From assembly GCA_009840445.1 (NCBI GenBank), contig VXNS01000008.1:2715-66714 (forward strand): a stretch of 64,000 nt of DNA, written 5' to 3'. Below the pieces are notes generated by a model. The model ran no database searches, was not told the origin of the DNA, and worked only from the letters and a program-made list of their open reading frames with translations. The position numbers and the translations under genes are program-made. The stretch is from Synechococcus sp. SB0662_bin_14 (GTDB lineage: Bacteria > Cyanobacteriota > Cyanobacteriia > PCC-6307 > Cyanobiaceae). This document shows positions 19,952 to 31,222 of the stretch, piece after piece (the first letter of the stretch is position 1; every line of letters starts with the position of its first letter).

Positions 19952-20791
19952 TCAGCCGCCAAATGCGAGGCCCACGGTGCTCAACCAGGGCAACAAAATG
20001 GCCAGCCACTGCCGATGCAGCAGTTCCGGGGTGAGCCACACCAGACCAGCGGCGGTAGCCAAGAAGGGTCCAAAAGGGAAGGGTTGTCGGGGCTTGAGGC
20101 GCCCGGCGAGGCGCCCCACCAAGCCAAACAAGCCGCCACTGAGCACCGCCAGAGCCAGGGCCAGCAGGAGGCCCCGTCCCCCCAGCCAGGCGCCCAGCAG
20201 GGCCGCCAGCTTGCCGTCTCCCCCACCCAGGGCCGGCGCCTTCAGCCACCACGTCCCCAGACCACCCACCAGGTCGAACCCCAGCAGAGCCAGGGCTGCC
20301 GCCAGACCGTGGTCCACGAGGGGCGCGAAGGGATTCGTGCCCTCTGCCACAGCCAGCGCCACCGTCGCGGCCAGGCCACTGATCAAGCCCCAGCGGCAGA
20401 GGGGCTCAGGCAACCAGAAGCCGTCCAGGTCCAGCAGCAGCAGCAACAGCAACCCGCTGATGAAGAGCAGACCGGCCAGAAGGCGCAGCCCACCGGCGAC
20501 ACCACTGGCTGCAAGCGGGGTCCGCAGCGCCACTGCCACCCAGAGGGCGGCGGTGAGCCCTTCCGTCAGCCAGTCCCGCAGGGGGATGGGCGCGCCACAG
20601 GTGCGGCAGCGCCCCCGCAACCACAGCCAACCCAGCAGGGGGAGGTTGTCCCGCCATGCCAGGGTTCGACCACAGGCTGGGCAGTGGCTGGCCGGCCACG
20701 TCAGGCTTTCCCCCCGTGGCAGACGCCAGGCCGCCAGGCTGAGGAAGCTGCCCACACAGGCGCCCAGCACGGCCGCCACCACGAATCCCAT
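19952..20791 (-). CDS. pilD: Prepilin peptidase
   Basis: SHCPAC, RGRCRTC, GGGDGKL and FPFGPFL motifs. Confidence 0.92.
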   Translation of the reverse strand: MGFVVAAVLGACVGSFLSLAAWRLPRGESLTWPASHCPACGRTLAWRDNLPLLGWLWLRGRCRTCGAPIPLRDWLTEGLTAALWVAVALRTPLAASGVAGGLRLLAGLLFISGLLLLLLLDLDGFWLPEPLCRWGLISGLAATVALAVAEGTNPFAPLVDHGLAAALALLGFDLVGGLGTWWLKAPALGGGDGKLAALLGAWLGGRGLLLALALAVLSGGLFGLVGRLAGRLKPRQPFPFGPFLATAAGLVWLTPELLHRQWLAILLPWLSTVGLAFGG

Positions 20792-20801
20792 GGCCAGGAC
20801 C

Positions 20802-21704
20802 CTAGGCCGCCATCTTTTTCTCCTCAATCATGCGGTGGATAATGGGGGTGAGAATCAACTCCATGGCGAAGCCCATCTTGCCGCCGTTCACCACCAGACT
20901 CGTGGGGCTGGACATAAACGAATCCGGGATCATCTGGAGAAGGTAGGTGGGTTCAATGGAAAACTGTTTTTTTACGCCACGGCGGAAATGGATAATGACA
21001 AAGCTCTCGTCCGGTGTTGGAATATCGCGACGGATGAAGGGGTTGGAGGTGTCTACCGTCGGCACCCGCTGGAAGTTGATGTGGGTTTCAGAAAATTGAG
21101 GGCAGATGTGATTGATGTAATCCGGCATCCGGCGCAGAATGGTCTCGACAATGGTCTGGGCCGAGTAGCCCCGCTCCGCGTTGTCCCGGTGAATCTTCTG
21201 AATCCACTCCAGGTTCACGATGGGCACCACGCCGATGAGTAGATCCACCAGGTGAGCCACGTTATAGTCGTCGCCCTTGACGCCCCCGTGCAGCCCTTCG
21301 TAGAAGAGCAAATCCGTGTGGGCGGGGAAGGGTTCCCAGGGGGTGAACTCGCCCGGGTTCAAGTTGGTGCCGAGGCGCTGGTTCTGCTCAGCCGCCTCTT
21401 CCGGGCTGTGGAGGTAATAGCGGCGCTCGCCCGTGCCCGTGTCCCCATAGGAGAGGAAGGTCTCCTCCAGCTTTTTGAAGATGTTGGCCTCCGGCCCGAA
21501 GTGGGAGAAGGTGTGGTTGGCCGCGGTGGCTTCCGCCATCTTGACCTTCATGGTCATGCGGTCAAAGCGGTGGTAGCTGTCGCCTTCGATTACCGCGGGG
21601 TTAATGCCTTCACGGCGGAAGATGTGCTCAAATGCCCGCTTTACGGTGGAGGTGCCGGCGCCGGAAGAACCGGTGACAGCCACAATGGGATGCTTCTTCG
21701 ACAT
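20802..21704 (-). CDS. prk: Phosphoribulokinase (proteobacterial/alpha-cyanobacterial type)
   Basis: MSKKHPIVAVTGSSGAGT, LFYEGLHG and FQRVPTVDTSNPF motifs. Confidence 0.96.
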   Translation of the reverse strand: MSKKHPIVAVTGSSGAGTSTVKRAFEHIFRREGINPAVIEGDSYHRFDRMTMKVKMAEATAANHTFSHFGPEANIFKKLEETFLSYGDTGTGERRYYLHSPEEAAEQNQRLGTNLNPGEFTPWEPFPAHTDLLFYEGLHGGVKGDDYNVAHLVDLLIGVVPIVNLEWIQKIHRDNAERGYSAQTIVETILRRMPDYINHICPQFSETHINFQRVPTVDTSNPFIRRDIPTPDESFVIIHFRRGVKKQFSIEPTYLLQMIPDSFMSSPTSLVVNGGKMGFAMELILTPIIHRMIEEKKMAA

Positions 21705-21761
21705 GGGGGAAGGATGGGGGACAACGCCGAGACCAGTGTGTAGCCCCAAGGCGCCGCTTGG

Positions 21762-22874
21762 CTAGACCCGGTTGACGTCCGGCTGTGGAGCCCCGTCTTC
21801 CCCAGGCTCCTCCAGGGCTGCCAGCAGGTGCTCCCCCATGGCACGACAGCCCACGGCAACACAGCCCTCGGCCATCATGTCCGGCGTGCGGACGCCCGCC
21901 TTCAGCACCCGGTCCACTGCGGTTTCCAAGGCGGTGGCCGCATCCTCCTGCCCCAGACCCAAACGCAGCATCATGGCCGCGGAGAGCACCATGGCCAGGG
22001 GATTGGCCCGATCCTGGCGGGCAATATCGGGTGCGGAACCATGGACAGGCTCAAACAGTCCCGGTCCGCCGTCCCCCAGGGAGGCGGAGGGCAGCAGGCC
22101 AATGCTGCCGCTGAGCATGGCCGCCTCGTCACTCAGGATGTCCCCGAACAGGTTGCCCGTCAGCAGCACGTCAAACCGGCGCGGCTGGCGGACGAGCTGC
22201 ATGGCGGCATTGTCCACGTACATGTGCTCCACCGTCACGTCGGGGTAGGCGGACGCCATGCGCTCCACCCGCTCCCGCCACAGTTGGGACACGTCCAGCA
22301 CGTTGGCCTTGTCGACGGAGCAGAGGCGGCGGCGGCGCTGGCTGGCCAGCCTGAATGCCATGGCGGCAATGCGATCCACCTCCATGGCGCCGTAGGTCAT
22401 GGTGTTGAAGGCCCGTTCGTCGGATCCGCTGCCGATGCGCCCCTTGGGCTGGCCGAAGTAGATGCCGCCGGTCAGTTCCCGCACCACCAGCAGATCCACC
22501 CCGGACACCACCTCCGGCTTGAGGGAACTGGCCCCCACCAGGGAGGGGATCACCTTCACCGGGCGCAGATTGGCGAACAGGTTCAGGCCGGCCCGCAGAC
22601 CCAGCAGACCGCTCTCGGGGCGCTGCTGCCGGGGGTTCCGGTCGTATCGGGGGTCGCCGATGGCGGCCAGCAACACCGCGTCCGCGGCGCGACAACGGCG
22701 CAAGGTGTCCTCGGGCAGGGGGTCGCCACAGGCGGCAATGGCGGCGCCTCCCATGGGAGCCTCCTCCATGGTGAGATCCAGCCCATGGCGGCTGCCCACA
22801 GCCTGGAGGAGAGCCTTGGTCACCGCCGTGATTTCCGGGCCAATGCCGTCGCCGGGCAGGAGGGTGATGTTCAT
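21762..22874 (-). CDS. leuB: 3-isopropylmalate dehydrogenase
   Basis: [20 protein letters not shown] and [11 protein letters not shown] motifs. Confidence 0.97.
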   Translation of the reverse strand: MNITLLPGDGIGPEITAVTKALLQAVGSRHGLDLTMEEAPMGGAAIAACGDPLPEDTLRRCRAADAVLLAAIGDPRYDRNPRQQRPESGLLGLRAGLNLFANLRPVKVIPSLVGASSLKPEVVSGVDLLVVRELTGGIYFGQPKGRIGSGSDERAFNTMTYGAMEVDRIAAMAFRLASQRRRRLCSVDKANVLDVSQLWRERVERMASAYPDVTVEHMYVDNAAMQLVRQPRRFDVLLTGNLFGDILSDEAAMLSGSIGLLPSASLGDGGPGLFEPVHGSAPDIARQDRANPLAMVLSAAMMLRLGLGQEDAATALETAVDRVLKAGVRTPDMMAEGCVAVGCRAMGEHLLAALEEPGEDGAPQPDVNRV

Positions 22875-23926
22875 GGCTGTCGGGAACGCTCCACCTGCTG
22901 CTGCAACCGTTTGAGGTTACGACTCAACTCCGGCAGGCGCGCAAACAGGGCCGAGGCCCGGAGCCAGAGCCGGTTGGGGATCACAGGGAAGCCGCTCACA
23001 ACTTCCCCGGGGGGCACGTCGGCATGGACACCGGCTTTGGAGCTGGCCACCACCCCGTCTCCTATGCGGACCCGGTTGCCCACACCCACCTGCCCCGCCA
23101 GGATGACGCCACGGCCCACCACGGCCCCACCGGCAATGCCCACCTGGGCCGCAAAGGCACAATCTTTGCCGGTGACCACCCCATGGCCAATCTGGACCAG
23201 ATTGTCGATCTTGGTGCCGGCCCCCAGGCGGGTTTCTCCAACGGCGGGGCGGTCCACCGTGCTACAGCAGCCCACCTCCACCCCGTCCTCCAGCACCACG
23301 TGGCCTGTTTGGGGCATTTTGCGCCAGCCATGGCCGGTGGGCACAAAGCCGAAGCCCTCGCCGCCGATCACCGCATTGGCCTGAACCACACAGTTGCGCC
23401 CCAACCGGCTGTGGGAATGCACCACCACGTTGCCGTGGAGTTCACAGCCCTTGCCAATCCACACGTCGTCGTAGAGCACCACGCCGGGATGAAGAACAAC
23501 CTGCTCCCCCACGTGGCAGCGGTGCCCCACCACCACCCCGGCCGCCAGGGATGCACAGTCCGCCACTTGAGCATCAGGCGCCACCACCGCCCGGGGATGG
23601 CGGCCAGGGGTGGGGCGTTGCCGGGGGTACAGGCAATCCAGCGCTTCGGCAAAGCTGAGGCGGGGCTCTGGAGAGGCTGCCCAGGCCATGCCCTTTTGCC
23701 GGGCCAGGCGCTGGAGCGACTCCTCGCCGGCAGGCAGCAACACCGCACTGGCGCCACAGTGGGCCAGGGCTGCCGCCATCGGGTTGTTGCGCTCCAGAAA
23801 GCTGAGTTGGCCCGACCGAGCCTTGTCCAGGGCAGCCGCCCCATCCAGGGGCGGATCGTCCGCCAGCCAGCGGACCCCATCCGGCGGGAGGCTTTCCAGG
23901 GCAGCGAGCAGTTCACTGAAACGCAT
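22871..23926 (-). CDS. lpxD: UDP-3-O-acylglucosamine N-acyltransferase
   Basis: Hexapeptide repeats; GGEGFGF and [12 protein letters not shown] motifs. Confidence 0.96.
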   Translation of the reverse strand: MRFSELLAALESLPPDGVRWLADDPPLDGAAALDKARSGQLSFLERNNPMAAALAHCGASAVLLPAGEESLQRLARQKGMAWAASPEPRLSFAEALDCLYPRQRPTPGRHPRAVVAPDAQVADCASLAAGVVVGHRCHVGEQVVLHPGVVLYDDVWIGKGCELHGNVVVHSHSRLGRNCVVQANAVIGGEGFGFVPTGHGWRKMPQTGHVVLEDGVEVGCCSTVDRPAVGETRLGAGTKIDNLVQIGHGVVTGKDCAFAAQVGIAGGAVVGRGVILAGQVGVGNRVRIGDGVVASSKAGVHADVPPGEVVSGFPVIPNRLWLRASALFARLPELSRNLKRLQQQVERSRQP

Positions 23927-25068
23927 CAAGGGGCCACCTCGGGGGAGCGGGTCAAGACCAGGGAATCACGGTGAACCACACAGGCGGCGCCGGGCTGCCC
24001 CAGCAGGGGGGTGACCTGGTTGCGGGAGAGGCCCCGGATCCTGTGGACCACCTCGCTGCTGTGACGGCTGATGCCCCGCGCCATTTCTTCCCCGTCCGGT
24101 CCACAGAGACGTACCGCCTCATGGGGTCCAAAGGAACCCTCCACGGCAGTGATGCCGGCAGCCAAAAGGGACGCACCCTGCTCTTCAATGGCCTTCACGG
24201 CCCCCTGGTCCAGATGCAGGCTGCCCTGGGGCAACACACCGTGGGCCAGCCAGCGTTTGCGGATGGGGATGGGGAGGGCGTCGGCCTGGAAGCGGGTCCC
24301 TGCGTTGCCCCCTTGCAACAAGCCTTCCAGAACGGCAACGGTGCGGCCATCGGCCAGATCCACCGTGATACCGCTGGCGGTGGCAATGCGGGCGGCTTCC
24401 AGCTTGGTGGTCATGCCCCCTGTGCCCCACTGCCCCCCTGGTTCCGCCGCTTGAGCAAGGCGCAGCAGTTCCGCACGATTGCGCACCGCATCGATGGGGC
24501 TGGCTTGCAGGTCCCGCCTCGGATCAGCCGAATAGAGGCGGTCCACGTCCGTGAGCAGGATGAGCCGCTCGGCCGCCACCGCCACCGCCACCCGTGCGGC
24601 CATGGTGTCGTTGTCGCCAAAGCGCAGCTCGTCGGTGGCCAGGGCGTCGTTTTCGTTGACAACGGGGAGCACACGGCGCGCCAACAGGCCCCGTAGCGTG
24701 GCGGTGGCATTGAGATAGCGTTGCCGAGACACGAAATCGCCACGGGTCAGCAGCACCTGGGCCACCAGTTGGTCATGGACGCCAAAGGCCTTGTCATAGG
24801 AGGCCATGAGCAGCCCCTGGCCCACGGCTGCCGCCACCTGCTGTTGCAGCAACTCCCTTGGACGCTGGGTGTCCCCCAGTCGACGACTGCCCAGGCCGAC
24901 GGCCCCACTGCTCACCAGCACCAAGGGACGACCCTGCTGACAGCAGTGGCTCAGGACCCTGGCCAATTCGGCAATGACGGTTTCCGTGTCCCGCTGGTCG
25001 TCTCCCCGCAGGATGCTGGTGCCCACCTTGACCACGATGGGGGAGAGGGAAGTGCCGGAGTCAGCCAT
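23926..25068 (-). CDS. proB: Glutamate 5-kinase
   Basis: VVKVGTS, NENDA, GDNDT and GTGGMTTK motifs; PUA domain. Confidence 0.96.
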   Translation of the reverse strand: MADSGTSLSPIVVKVGTSILRGDDQRDTETVIAELARVLSHCCQQGRPLVLVSSGAVGLGSRRLGDTQRPRELLQQQVAAAVGQGLLMASYDKAFGVHDQLVAQVLLTRGDFVSRQRYLNATATLRGLLARRVLPVVNENDALATDELRFGDNDTMAARVAVAVAAERLILLTDVDRLYSADPRRDLQASPIDAVRNRAELLRLAQAAEPGGQWGTGGMTTKLEAARIATASGITVDLADGRTVAVLEGLLQGGNAGTRFQADALPIPIRKRWLAHGVLPQGSLHLDQGAVKAIEEQGASLLAAGITAVEGSFGPHEAVRLCGPDGEEMARGISRHSSEVVHRIRGLSRNQVTPLLGQPGAACVVHRDSLVLTRSPEVAP

Positions 25069-25163
25069 CGGACGGGGAGCCTGACATATTTCATCACTCT
25101 CGACGGGGATGGGCAACACCGCGGTTAGGTTGGCAGTGCTGTTCAGCTTTGCATCTTTGCACC

Positions 25164-25373
25164 ATGGCCATCACTAGGGGGCAGAAAGTTCGCATCAAGC
25201 GTCCCGAGTCCTATTGGTTCAACGAAGTGGGCACCGTGGCCTCCGTGGACACCAGCGGTATCCTGTACCCGGTAGCCGTGCGTTTTGACAGCCTCAACTA
25301 TTCCTCCTACAGTGGTGTGGAAGGTGGCCTGAACGTGAACAACTTTGCCGAGAGCGAATTGGAGGCGGCCTGA
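25164..25373 (+). CDS. psaE: Photosystem I subunit IV
   Basis: [25 protein letters not shown]. Confidence 0.96.
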   Translation: MAITRGQKVRIKRPESYWFNEVGTVASVDTSGILYPVAVRFDSLNYSSYSGVEGGLNVNNFAESELEAA

Positions 25374-25433
25374 GGGCGCCACGGGATTCAGCCAGGGCCG
25401 GTCTCCGGACCAACCGTCTCTTGATCGCCGTTT

Positions 25434-26291
25434 GTGCCGGAGCTTCCTGAGGTGGAGGTGGTGCGCCGTGCTCTGCAACACGGTGTTGGCCGTCTCCTGA
25501 TTCACCATGTGGAGGTGCTGCTGGAGCGCACGGTGGCCTTCCCCGTGGGTGACGGCTCAGCCTTTGCCGCCGCCCTCACGGGATGCCGGCTCACTCCCTG
25601 GCGTCGTCGCGGGAAATACCTGCTGAGCCAACTCTCGCGCCAAGGTCGGCCCGCTGGTCAACTGGGCGTTCATCTGCGCATGACCGGCAGGTTTCGCTGG
25701 CTTGACAAGGGGGAAGTCCCTGTGTGTCCCCACACCAGGGTGCAATTTCTGGGGGATCAAAAGGAATTGCGCTTTGTGGACACCCGCAGCTTTGGACGCA
25801 TGTGGTGGGTACCCCCCGGTGCGGTCACGTCCCGGGTGATCCCGGGGCTGGGGCGTCTGGGTCCGGAGCCCTTCACCCCCGACTTTGACGGACCCTACCT
25901 GGAGAAGCGCCTGCAAGGGTCCAGACGGCCCATCAAAACAGCCCTGCTGGACCAGTCCGTGGTGGCCGGTGTGGGCAATATCTATGCGGACGAGGGGCTT
26001 TTTCTAGCGGGTATCCCACCCCATGTGCCCAGCGGCAGCCTGAACCAGGGGCAACTGGCCCGGCTCTGTGGGCGGCTGGTGCAGGTCCTGGCCAGAAGCG
26101 TGGAGCAGGGGGGCACCAGTTTTCGGGATTTTCGCGACCTCCAGGGTATCAACGGCAACTACGGCCAGGAGGCTTGGGTCTACGGGCGGTCAGGGGCCCC
26201 CTGCCGCCGCTGTGGCACACCCATCCAGCGCCGGGTGCTCGGTGGACGGAGCAGCCATTGGTGCCCCTGCTGTCAGCAGGAGGGACGGTAG
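25434..26291 (+). CDS. mutM: Formamidopyrimidine-DNA glycosylase
   Basis: MPELPEVE, HLRMTG, GVGNIYADE and C-terminal zinc finger. Confidence 0.97.
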   Translation: MPELPEVEVVRRALQHGVGRLLIHHVEVLLERTVAFPVGDGSAFAAALTGCRLTPWRRRGKYLLSQLSRQGRPAGQLGVHLRMTGRFRWLDKGEVPVCPHTRVQFLGDQKELRFVDTRSFGRMWWVPPGAVTSRVIPGLGRLGPEPFTPDFDGPYLEKRLQGSRRPIKTALLDQSVVAGVGNIYADEGLFLAGIPPHVPSGSLNQGQLARLCGRLVQVLARSVEQGGTSFRDFRDLQGINGNYGQEAWVYGRSGAPCRRCGTPIQRRVLGGRSSHWCPCCQQEGR

Positions 26292-26312
26292 GCCACCCCT
26301 GTTACAGGCCTG

Positions 26313-27059
26313 CTACAGGAGGAGGGGCAAGGTGTCCAGGGCATGGAGGATGGCCCCTGCATGGTGGCGGTTGGAGCGCAGCAGGGTGTCCGGTCGCACC
26401 TGCCGCCACCACGCCAGCAGTTCCGGCCTGGCGTTGCTCACCATCACCCCCCACCAGGGACCACCCAGCATGGAGCGGTCATTGCCGGAATCACCACAGC
26501 AGAGCACTTGGTGCGGCTGCAGACCCAGCTTCTGCTGGAGATAGCCGCTTACCGCACCCTTGCCCGCGGCCATGGGCAGCAGATCCAGTTGGTAGCCACT
26601 GCTCAACACAATCCGGGCCTGGAGATCGGCCTGCCGCAGACCAGCCCGGAGGCGCTGTTCAAACTGATGGGCCTCCGCGCCCATCCGGGGTGTGGTCAAC
26701 TCGTAACTGAGCTTGTAGGGGGTTTGCTCGGATGCCGGCTGCAGGGTCAACTCGCTCCAGTGGGACAACAGGGCGGCGAGGGCATGGCGATCCCAGCAGC
26801 GCTGCAACCGCTGATCCCAGACCGGATCCGGCTTCCCGCGCCACAGCAGGGTGGAGCCCACACCCGTGGCCCAACCCTCGGGCTCCAGCAGGCTTTCCTC
26901 TTGCTGCAATTGGCGCGCCCCAGCCAGGCTGCGGCCTGTGGCATAGACCAGGCTGATGCGAGAGCGCAGGATCTCTAATGTTCGATTAAGACAGGTCAGG
27001 GCCTGTCTGTCTCCCACAAGGGTATGGTCCAGATCGGTGACCAACAGCAGGTCCTTCAT
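26313..27059 (-). CDS. Sucrose-phosphate phosphatase-like HAD-IIB hydrolase
   Basis: TDLDHTLVGD, YATGRS and GDSGND motifs. Confidence 0.8.
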   Translation of the reverse strand: MKDLLLVTDLDHTLVGDRQALTCLNRTLEILRSRISLVYATGRSLAGARQLQQEESLLEPEGWATGVGSTLLWRGKPDPVWDQRLQRCWDRHALAALLSHWSELTLQPASEQTPYKLSYELTTPRMGAEAHQFEQRLRAGLRQADLQARIVLSSGYQLDLLPMAAGKGAVSGYLQQKLGLQPHQVLCCGDSGNDRSMLGGPWWGVMVSNARPELLAWWRQVRPDTLLRSNRHHAGAILHALDTLPLLL

Positions 27060-27096
27060 TGCCCGTTTCCTCCCCTGACGACTGGGCGCCGTAGCC

Positions 27097-28566
27097 ATGT
27101 CCCAACCCATCATTCCATCCCGCTCCCGCAGCCGAGCCAGCCTGAAGGAAGAGAAGCTCGTCCAATCGGCAGAGGCCCATCTTGAGCGCACCCTCGTCAA
27201 GGTGAAGGGCCAGTTGGCAGGCGCCGTGGCAGCCATTGAGCACCCCAGCAAAGGCATGTCCCTCAACTACGGAGAAGTGTTTCTCCGGGACAACGTGCCG
27301 GTGATGATCCACATGCTCTTGAAAGGGCGGCACGGTCTGGTGCGCCACTTCCTGGGGCTGTGCATGGATCTGCAAAGCAGCGCTCTGCAAACCCGAGGTC
27401 TGTTCCCCACCAGCTTCATCGAGAAAGAGGGGGAGCTGGTTGCGGACTACGGCCAACGGTCCATCGGGCGGATCAGTTCGGTGGACGCCAGCCTCTGGTG
27501 GCCCATCCTTTGCTGGATCTACGTCTCCCACGTGCAGGACTGGCAATTCGGCTGCGACCAACGGGTGCAGCGGGCGGTGCAGCGGCTCCTGGACCTGGTG
27601 ATGCAACCCTCGGTTGCCGGCACGCCTGTCCTGTTCGTGCCCGACTGCTCCTTCATGATTGATCGTCCCATGGACGTGTGGGGCGCCCCTCTGGAAATCG
27701 AGGTGCTGTTGTACGGCTGCCTGAAGTGCTGTGTCCATCTCATGGAGTTGGCCCAACACCACAACGCCGCCCCCAGCAGGCTCCTCAGTCAGAGGATCCC
27801 CCTGACCCGGCAGTGGATCCATGACCTGCGCTCCTACCTGCTGAAGCATTACTGGGTCACCAGCAAAACCATCCAGGTGCTGCGGCGGCGCCCCACGGAG
27901 CAATACGGAGACGTGCAGCACCTGAACGAGTTCAACGTTCAGCCCACGTTCATTCCGGACTGGCTTCAGGACTGGCTGGACAACCGCGGCGGCTATCTGA
28001 TCGGCAACGTGCGCACGGGACGGCCGGACTACCGTTTTTTCACCCTGGGCAACAGCCTGGCCTGCATCTTCGGGCTGCTAACGGCTCCCCAGCAGCGGGC
28101 TTTGTTTCGGTTGGTGCTGCACAACAACAATCATCTGATGGCCCAGATGCCCATGCGCATCTGCCACCCTCCCATGGAGGGACAGGAGTGGGCCATGAAG
28201 ACGGGCTCCGACCCCAAAAACTGGCCCTGGAGCTACCACAACGGCGGGCATTGGCCCAGCTTGCTCTGGTACCTGGTGATGGCGGTGGCCCTGCACGACA
28301 AGGACCACCCCAAGGCGGATGTCTTGTTGACGGGCCAACTCAAAACCCTGCTGGAGAGGTCCTACCAGATCCACCTCAGCCAACTGCCCCGCCAGCAGTG
28401 GGCGGAATACTTTGACGGCCCTACGGGAACGTGGGTGGGTCAGCAGGCCAGAACCTATCAGACCTGGACCATCGTGGGATTCCTGCTGACCCGTGAACTG
28501 CTCCGTAACGGCTGCCAGCTCAATTTTTCGTTTGCGTTGAGCCAGGAGACTTCAGAAGAGTCCTAG
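27097..28566 (+). CDS. Alkaline/neutral invertase (GH100)
   Basis: [23 protein letters not shown] and SYHNGGHWP motifs. Confidence 0.95.
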   Translation: MSQPIIPSRSRSRASLKEEKLVQSAEAHLERTLVKVKGQLAGAVAAIEHPSKGMSLNYGEVFLRDNVPVMIHMLLKGRHGLVRHFLGLCMDLQSSALQTRGLFPTSFIEKEGELVADYGQRSIGRISSVDASLWWPILCWIYVSHVQDWQFGCDQRVQRAVQRLLDLVMQPSVAGTPVLFVPDCSFMIDRPMDVWGAPLEIEVLLYGCLKCCVHLMELAQHHNAAPSRLLSQRIPLTRQWIHDLRSYLLKHYWVTSKTIQVLRRRPTEQYGDVQHLNEFNVQPTFIPDWLQDWLDNRGGYLIGNVRTGRPDYRFFTLGNSLACIFGLLTAPQQRALFRLVLHNNNHLMAQMPMRICHPPMEGQEWAMKTGSDPKNWPWSYHNGGHWPSLLWYLVMAVALHDKDHPKADVLLTGQLKTLLERSYQIHLSQLPRQQWAEYFDGPTGTWVGQQARTYQTWTIVGFLLTRELLRNGCQLNFSFALSQETSEES

Positions 28567-29034
28567 GGTGAGGGACTTGTCAATGGGCAGGGTGGCGCCG
28601 ATGCCCAGGTAAAGAGCCATGAAAGTGCCAAACAGGAAGACGGTCATGGCCACAGGCCGCCGGAAAGGATTCTGGAAACGGTTGAAGCTCTCGATAAAGG
28701 GAACCAGAATGAGGCCCAGCGGCACCATGCCCTGGAGCACAATGCCCAACAGCTTGTTGGGCACAACCCGCAGAATCTGGAACACGGGATAGAGGTACCA
28801 CTCCGGCAGGATTTCCAGAGGCGTGGCGAAGGGATCGGCAGGCTCCCCAACCATGGCGGGATCTAGAACGGACAGCCCCACCACGCAGGCGAGGGTGCCC
28901 AGGATGACCACGGGGAAGATGTAGAGGATGTCGTTGGGCCAAGCGGGCTCACCGTAATAGTTGTGACCCATGCCTTTGGCCAGCTTGGCCCGGAGCGCCG
29001 GATCGCTCAGGTCGGGTTTCTTGAGGATGGACAT
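28552..29034 (-). CDS. petD: Cytochrome b6f subunit IV
   Basis: [15 protein letters not shown] and PEWY motifs. Confidence 0.99.
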   Translation of the reverse strand: MSILKKPDLSDPALRAKLAKGMGHNYYGEPAWPNDILYIFPVVILGTLACVVGLSVLDPAMVGEPADPFATPLEILPEWYLYPVFQILRVVPNKLLGIVLQGMVPLGLILVPFIESFNRFQNPFRRPVAMTVFLFGTFMALYLGIGATLPIDKSLTLGLF

Positions 29035-29101
29035 CGGTGGGATGGGTGGGATGGGTGGGGGGACGCAGAAGCCAGGAGACGTGGGGTTCGCCCATATCAG
29101 G

Positions 29102-29749
29102 CTAGAGGGGACCTGAAATCCCTTGCTTACGGATCATCAGGAAGTGCATCAGCATGAAGACCGCCAAAAGCCAGGGCAGCACGAAGGTGTGGAGACTGTA
29201 AAAGCGGGTCAGCGTAGCCTGACCAACGCTTTCGCCACCCCGGAGAAGTTCCACCAGTTGGTCGCCGACCACGGGAATGGCGGCAGGCACGCCGGAGACG
29301 ATCTTCACAGCCCAGTAGCCCACCTGGTCCCAGGGGAGAGAGTACCCGGTGACCCCAAAGCTGACGGTGATGACCGCCATGGTGACACCCACCACCCAGG
29401 TGAGCTCCCGGGGCCGCTTGAAGCCCCCCGTCAAGTAGACGCGGAATACGTGGAGAATCAGCATGAGCACCATCATGGAGGCGCTCCAGCGATGCACGGA
29501 GCGGATCAGCCAGCCGAAGTTCACCGAGGTCATCAGGTACTGAACGGAACTGAAGGCCTCGGCCACCGTGGGCCGGTAGTAAAACGTCATGGCAAACCCC
29601 GTGGCGAACTGAATCAGGAAGCACACAAGGGTGATGCCGCCCAGGCAATAGAAGATGTTCACATGGGGCGGAACGTACTTGGTGGAGAAGTCGTCCGCGA
29701 TCTCCTGGATCTCCAGGCGCTCTTGGAACCAGTCGTAAACCTTCGACAT
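29102..29749 (-). CDS. petB: Cytochrome b6
   Basis: [12 protein letters not shown]...GISGPL. Confidence 0.99.
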   Translation of the reverse strand: MSKVYDWFQERLEIQEIADDFSTKYVPPHVNIFYCLGGITLVCFLIQFATGFAMTFYYRPTVAEAFSSVQYLMTSVNFGWLIRSVHRWSASMMVLMLILHVFRVYLTGGFKRPRELTWVVGVTMAVITVSFGVTGYSLPWDQVGYWAVKIVSGVPAAIPVVGDQLVELLRGGESVGQATLTRFYSLHTFVLPWLLAVFMLMHFLMIRKQGISGPL

Positions 29750-29921
29750 AGGAGCAAGGGGGATCAGATGCTCAGGGATGGGAAGGGACAGGAGCCGTAG
29801 CCAGCCCTCCGGCACAAGGCTCACCCTGCGCAATAAAACAGGACTCTAAGCAATCCACGTCAAAACATGGGTGCTGGGGAGGCCATCGCCAAAGAGATTT
29901 TATAGCCTTGAAGCAGGGGAC

Positions 29922-31211
29922 ATGACCATGGACAGGCATCGCGCCAAGATGGACGGGTGGGCGCAAGGTGGTGTGCGCAAACTCAGGATTTGTCTTTCTA
30001 TCGTCATTCTTGCTGGCTTCCTCCTGTGGGCGCCAGCGGTTCAGGCCCTCTCCGAAGACCAGCAACTGGTTGTGGACGCCTGGAGCTTCGTGAACCAAAG
30101 CTACGTGGACCCCACGTTCGAGGGGGTGCCGTGGCGCCGCTTGCGGCAAAAAGCGCTGGAGCAGCCGATCCCCTCCAGAGAGAGTGCCTATGGGGCCATT
30201 GAGACCATGCTGGAACCTCTCGGCGACCCTTTCACCCGTTTCCTCCGTCCAGAGCAGTTCAAGGCCTTAACGGACAGCACGGCAGGCTCCATCAGTGGTG
30301 TGGGCCTGCAGTTGGGCATCAACCAAGGGGAAACAGCGGTGCAGGTGATCTCCTTCCTGGAAGGTTCTCCGGCGGCAACGGCCGAGATTCGGCCAGGCAG
30401 CGTTATCCTGTCTGTGGAGGGTGACTCCGTGGAAGATCTGGGCCTGGAAGGGGTTGCTGCCGCCCTGCGGGGACCGTCCGGCACGGTTGTGGACATTGAA
30501 TTGGTGGCGCCGGACGGTCAGCACCAATCCCTGTCCCTTGAGCGGCGCACCGTGGATTTGCGCCCCGTGCACAGCCGCCGCCTCCGGGAAGACGGGCACA
30601 CCTACGGCCTGCTGCAGATCAGGCAGTTCACAAGCACGGTGCCGGACCTGGTGAGCGCGGCATTGGCGGAACTGCAAAACAAGTGCATCGAGGGACTGGT
30701 TCTTGACCTGCGCAACAATCCCGGTGGTCTGGTGAGCAGTGGCTTGCGGGTGGGTCATTCCCTGCTGGACGGCCAGCCCCTTGTGAGCATCCGGGACCGC
30801 AACGGGATTGTGGACACCATCACCGCACATGCCGGGACCCTCTACGACGGTCCCATGGTGGTGCTTGTCAACAGCGGCACCGCCAGTGCCAGTGAAATTC
30901 TGGCCGGGGCCCTGCAGGATGATGGGCGGGCCGAGGTGCTGGGACGTCCCACGTTCGGGAAGGGGCTGATCCAAACCCTGATCCCCCTGAACGACGGCAG
31001 TGGCCTGGCGGTGACCGTGGCTCGCTACGTGACGCCAGCCGGCCGTGACATCCAGAGCACGGGCATCACCCCCGACCAGGTGCTTGCAGCATCAACGCGG
31101 GAGACCCCGGAGGAAGACGGCCAGGATCCCTGGCTGGAGCGCGCCATGGTTGCCCTGCAGAACCAGCTCCATCGCCATGAAAAGCACATTGAGCGCACGG
31201 CCATGACCTAA
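29922..31211 (+). CDS. ctpA: C-terminal processing peptidase (S41)
   Basis: DLRNNPGG, TASASEI and TFGKG motifs; PDZ domain; divergent from petB. Start is uncertain. Confidence 0.9.
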   Translation: MTMDRHRAKMDGWAQGGVRKLRICLSIVILAGFLLWAPAVQALSEDQQLVVDAWSFVNQSYVDPTFEGVPWRRLRQKALEQPIPSRESAYGAIETMLEPLGDPFTRFLRPEQFKALTDSTAGSISGVGLQLGINQGETAVQVISFLEGSPAATAEIRPGSVILSVEGDSVEDLGLEGVAAALRGPSGTVVDIELVAPDGQHQSLSLERRTVDLRPVHSRRLREDGHTYGLLQIRQFTSTVPDLVSAALAELQNKCIEGLVLDLRNNPGGLVSSGLRVGHSLLDGQPLVSIRDRNGIVDTITAHAGTLYDGPMVVLVNSGTASASEILAGALQDDGRAEVLGRPTFGKGLIQTLIPLNDGSGLAVTVARYVTPAGRDIQSTGITPDQVLAASTRETPEEDGQDPWLERAMVALQNQLHRHEKHIERTAMT

Positions 31212-31222
31212 AGGGCCGTGCG

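Noticed and set aside
18774-21242. 822-aa + strand ORF
   Set aside because: Runs antisense over accD, pilD and prk; a GC-rich shadow ORF with no motifs.
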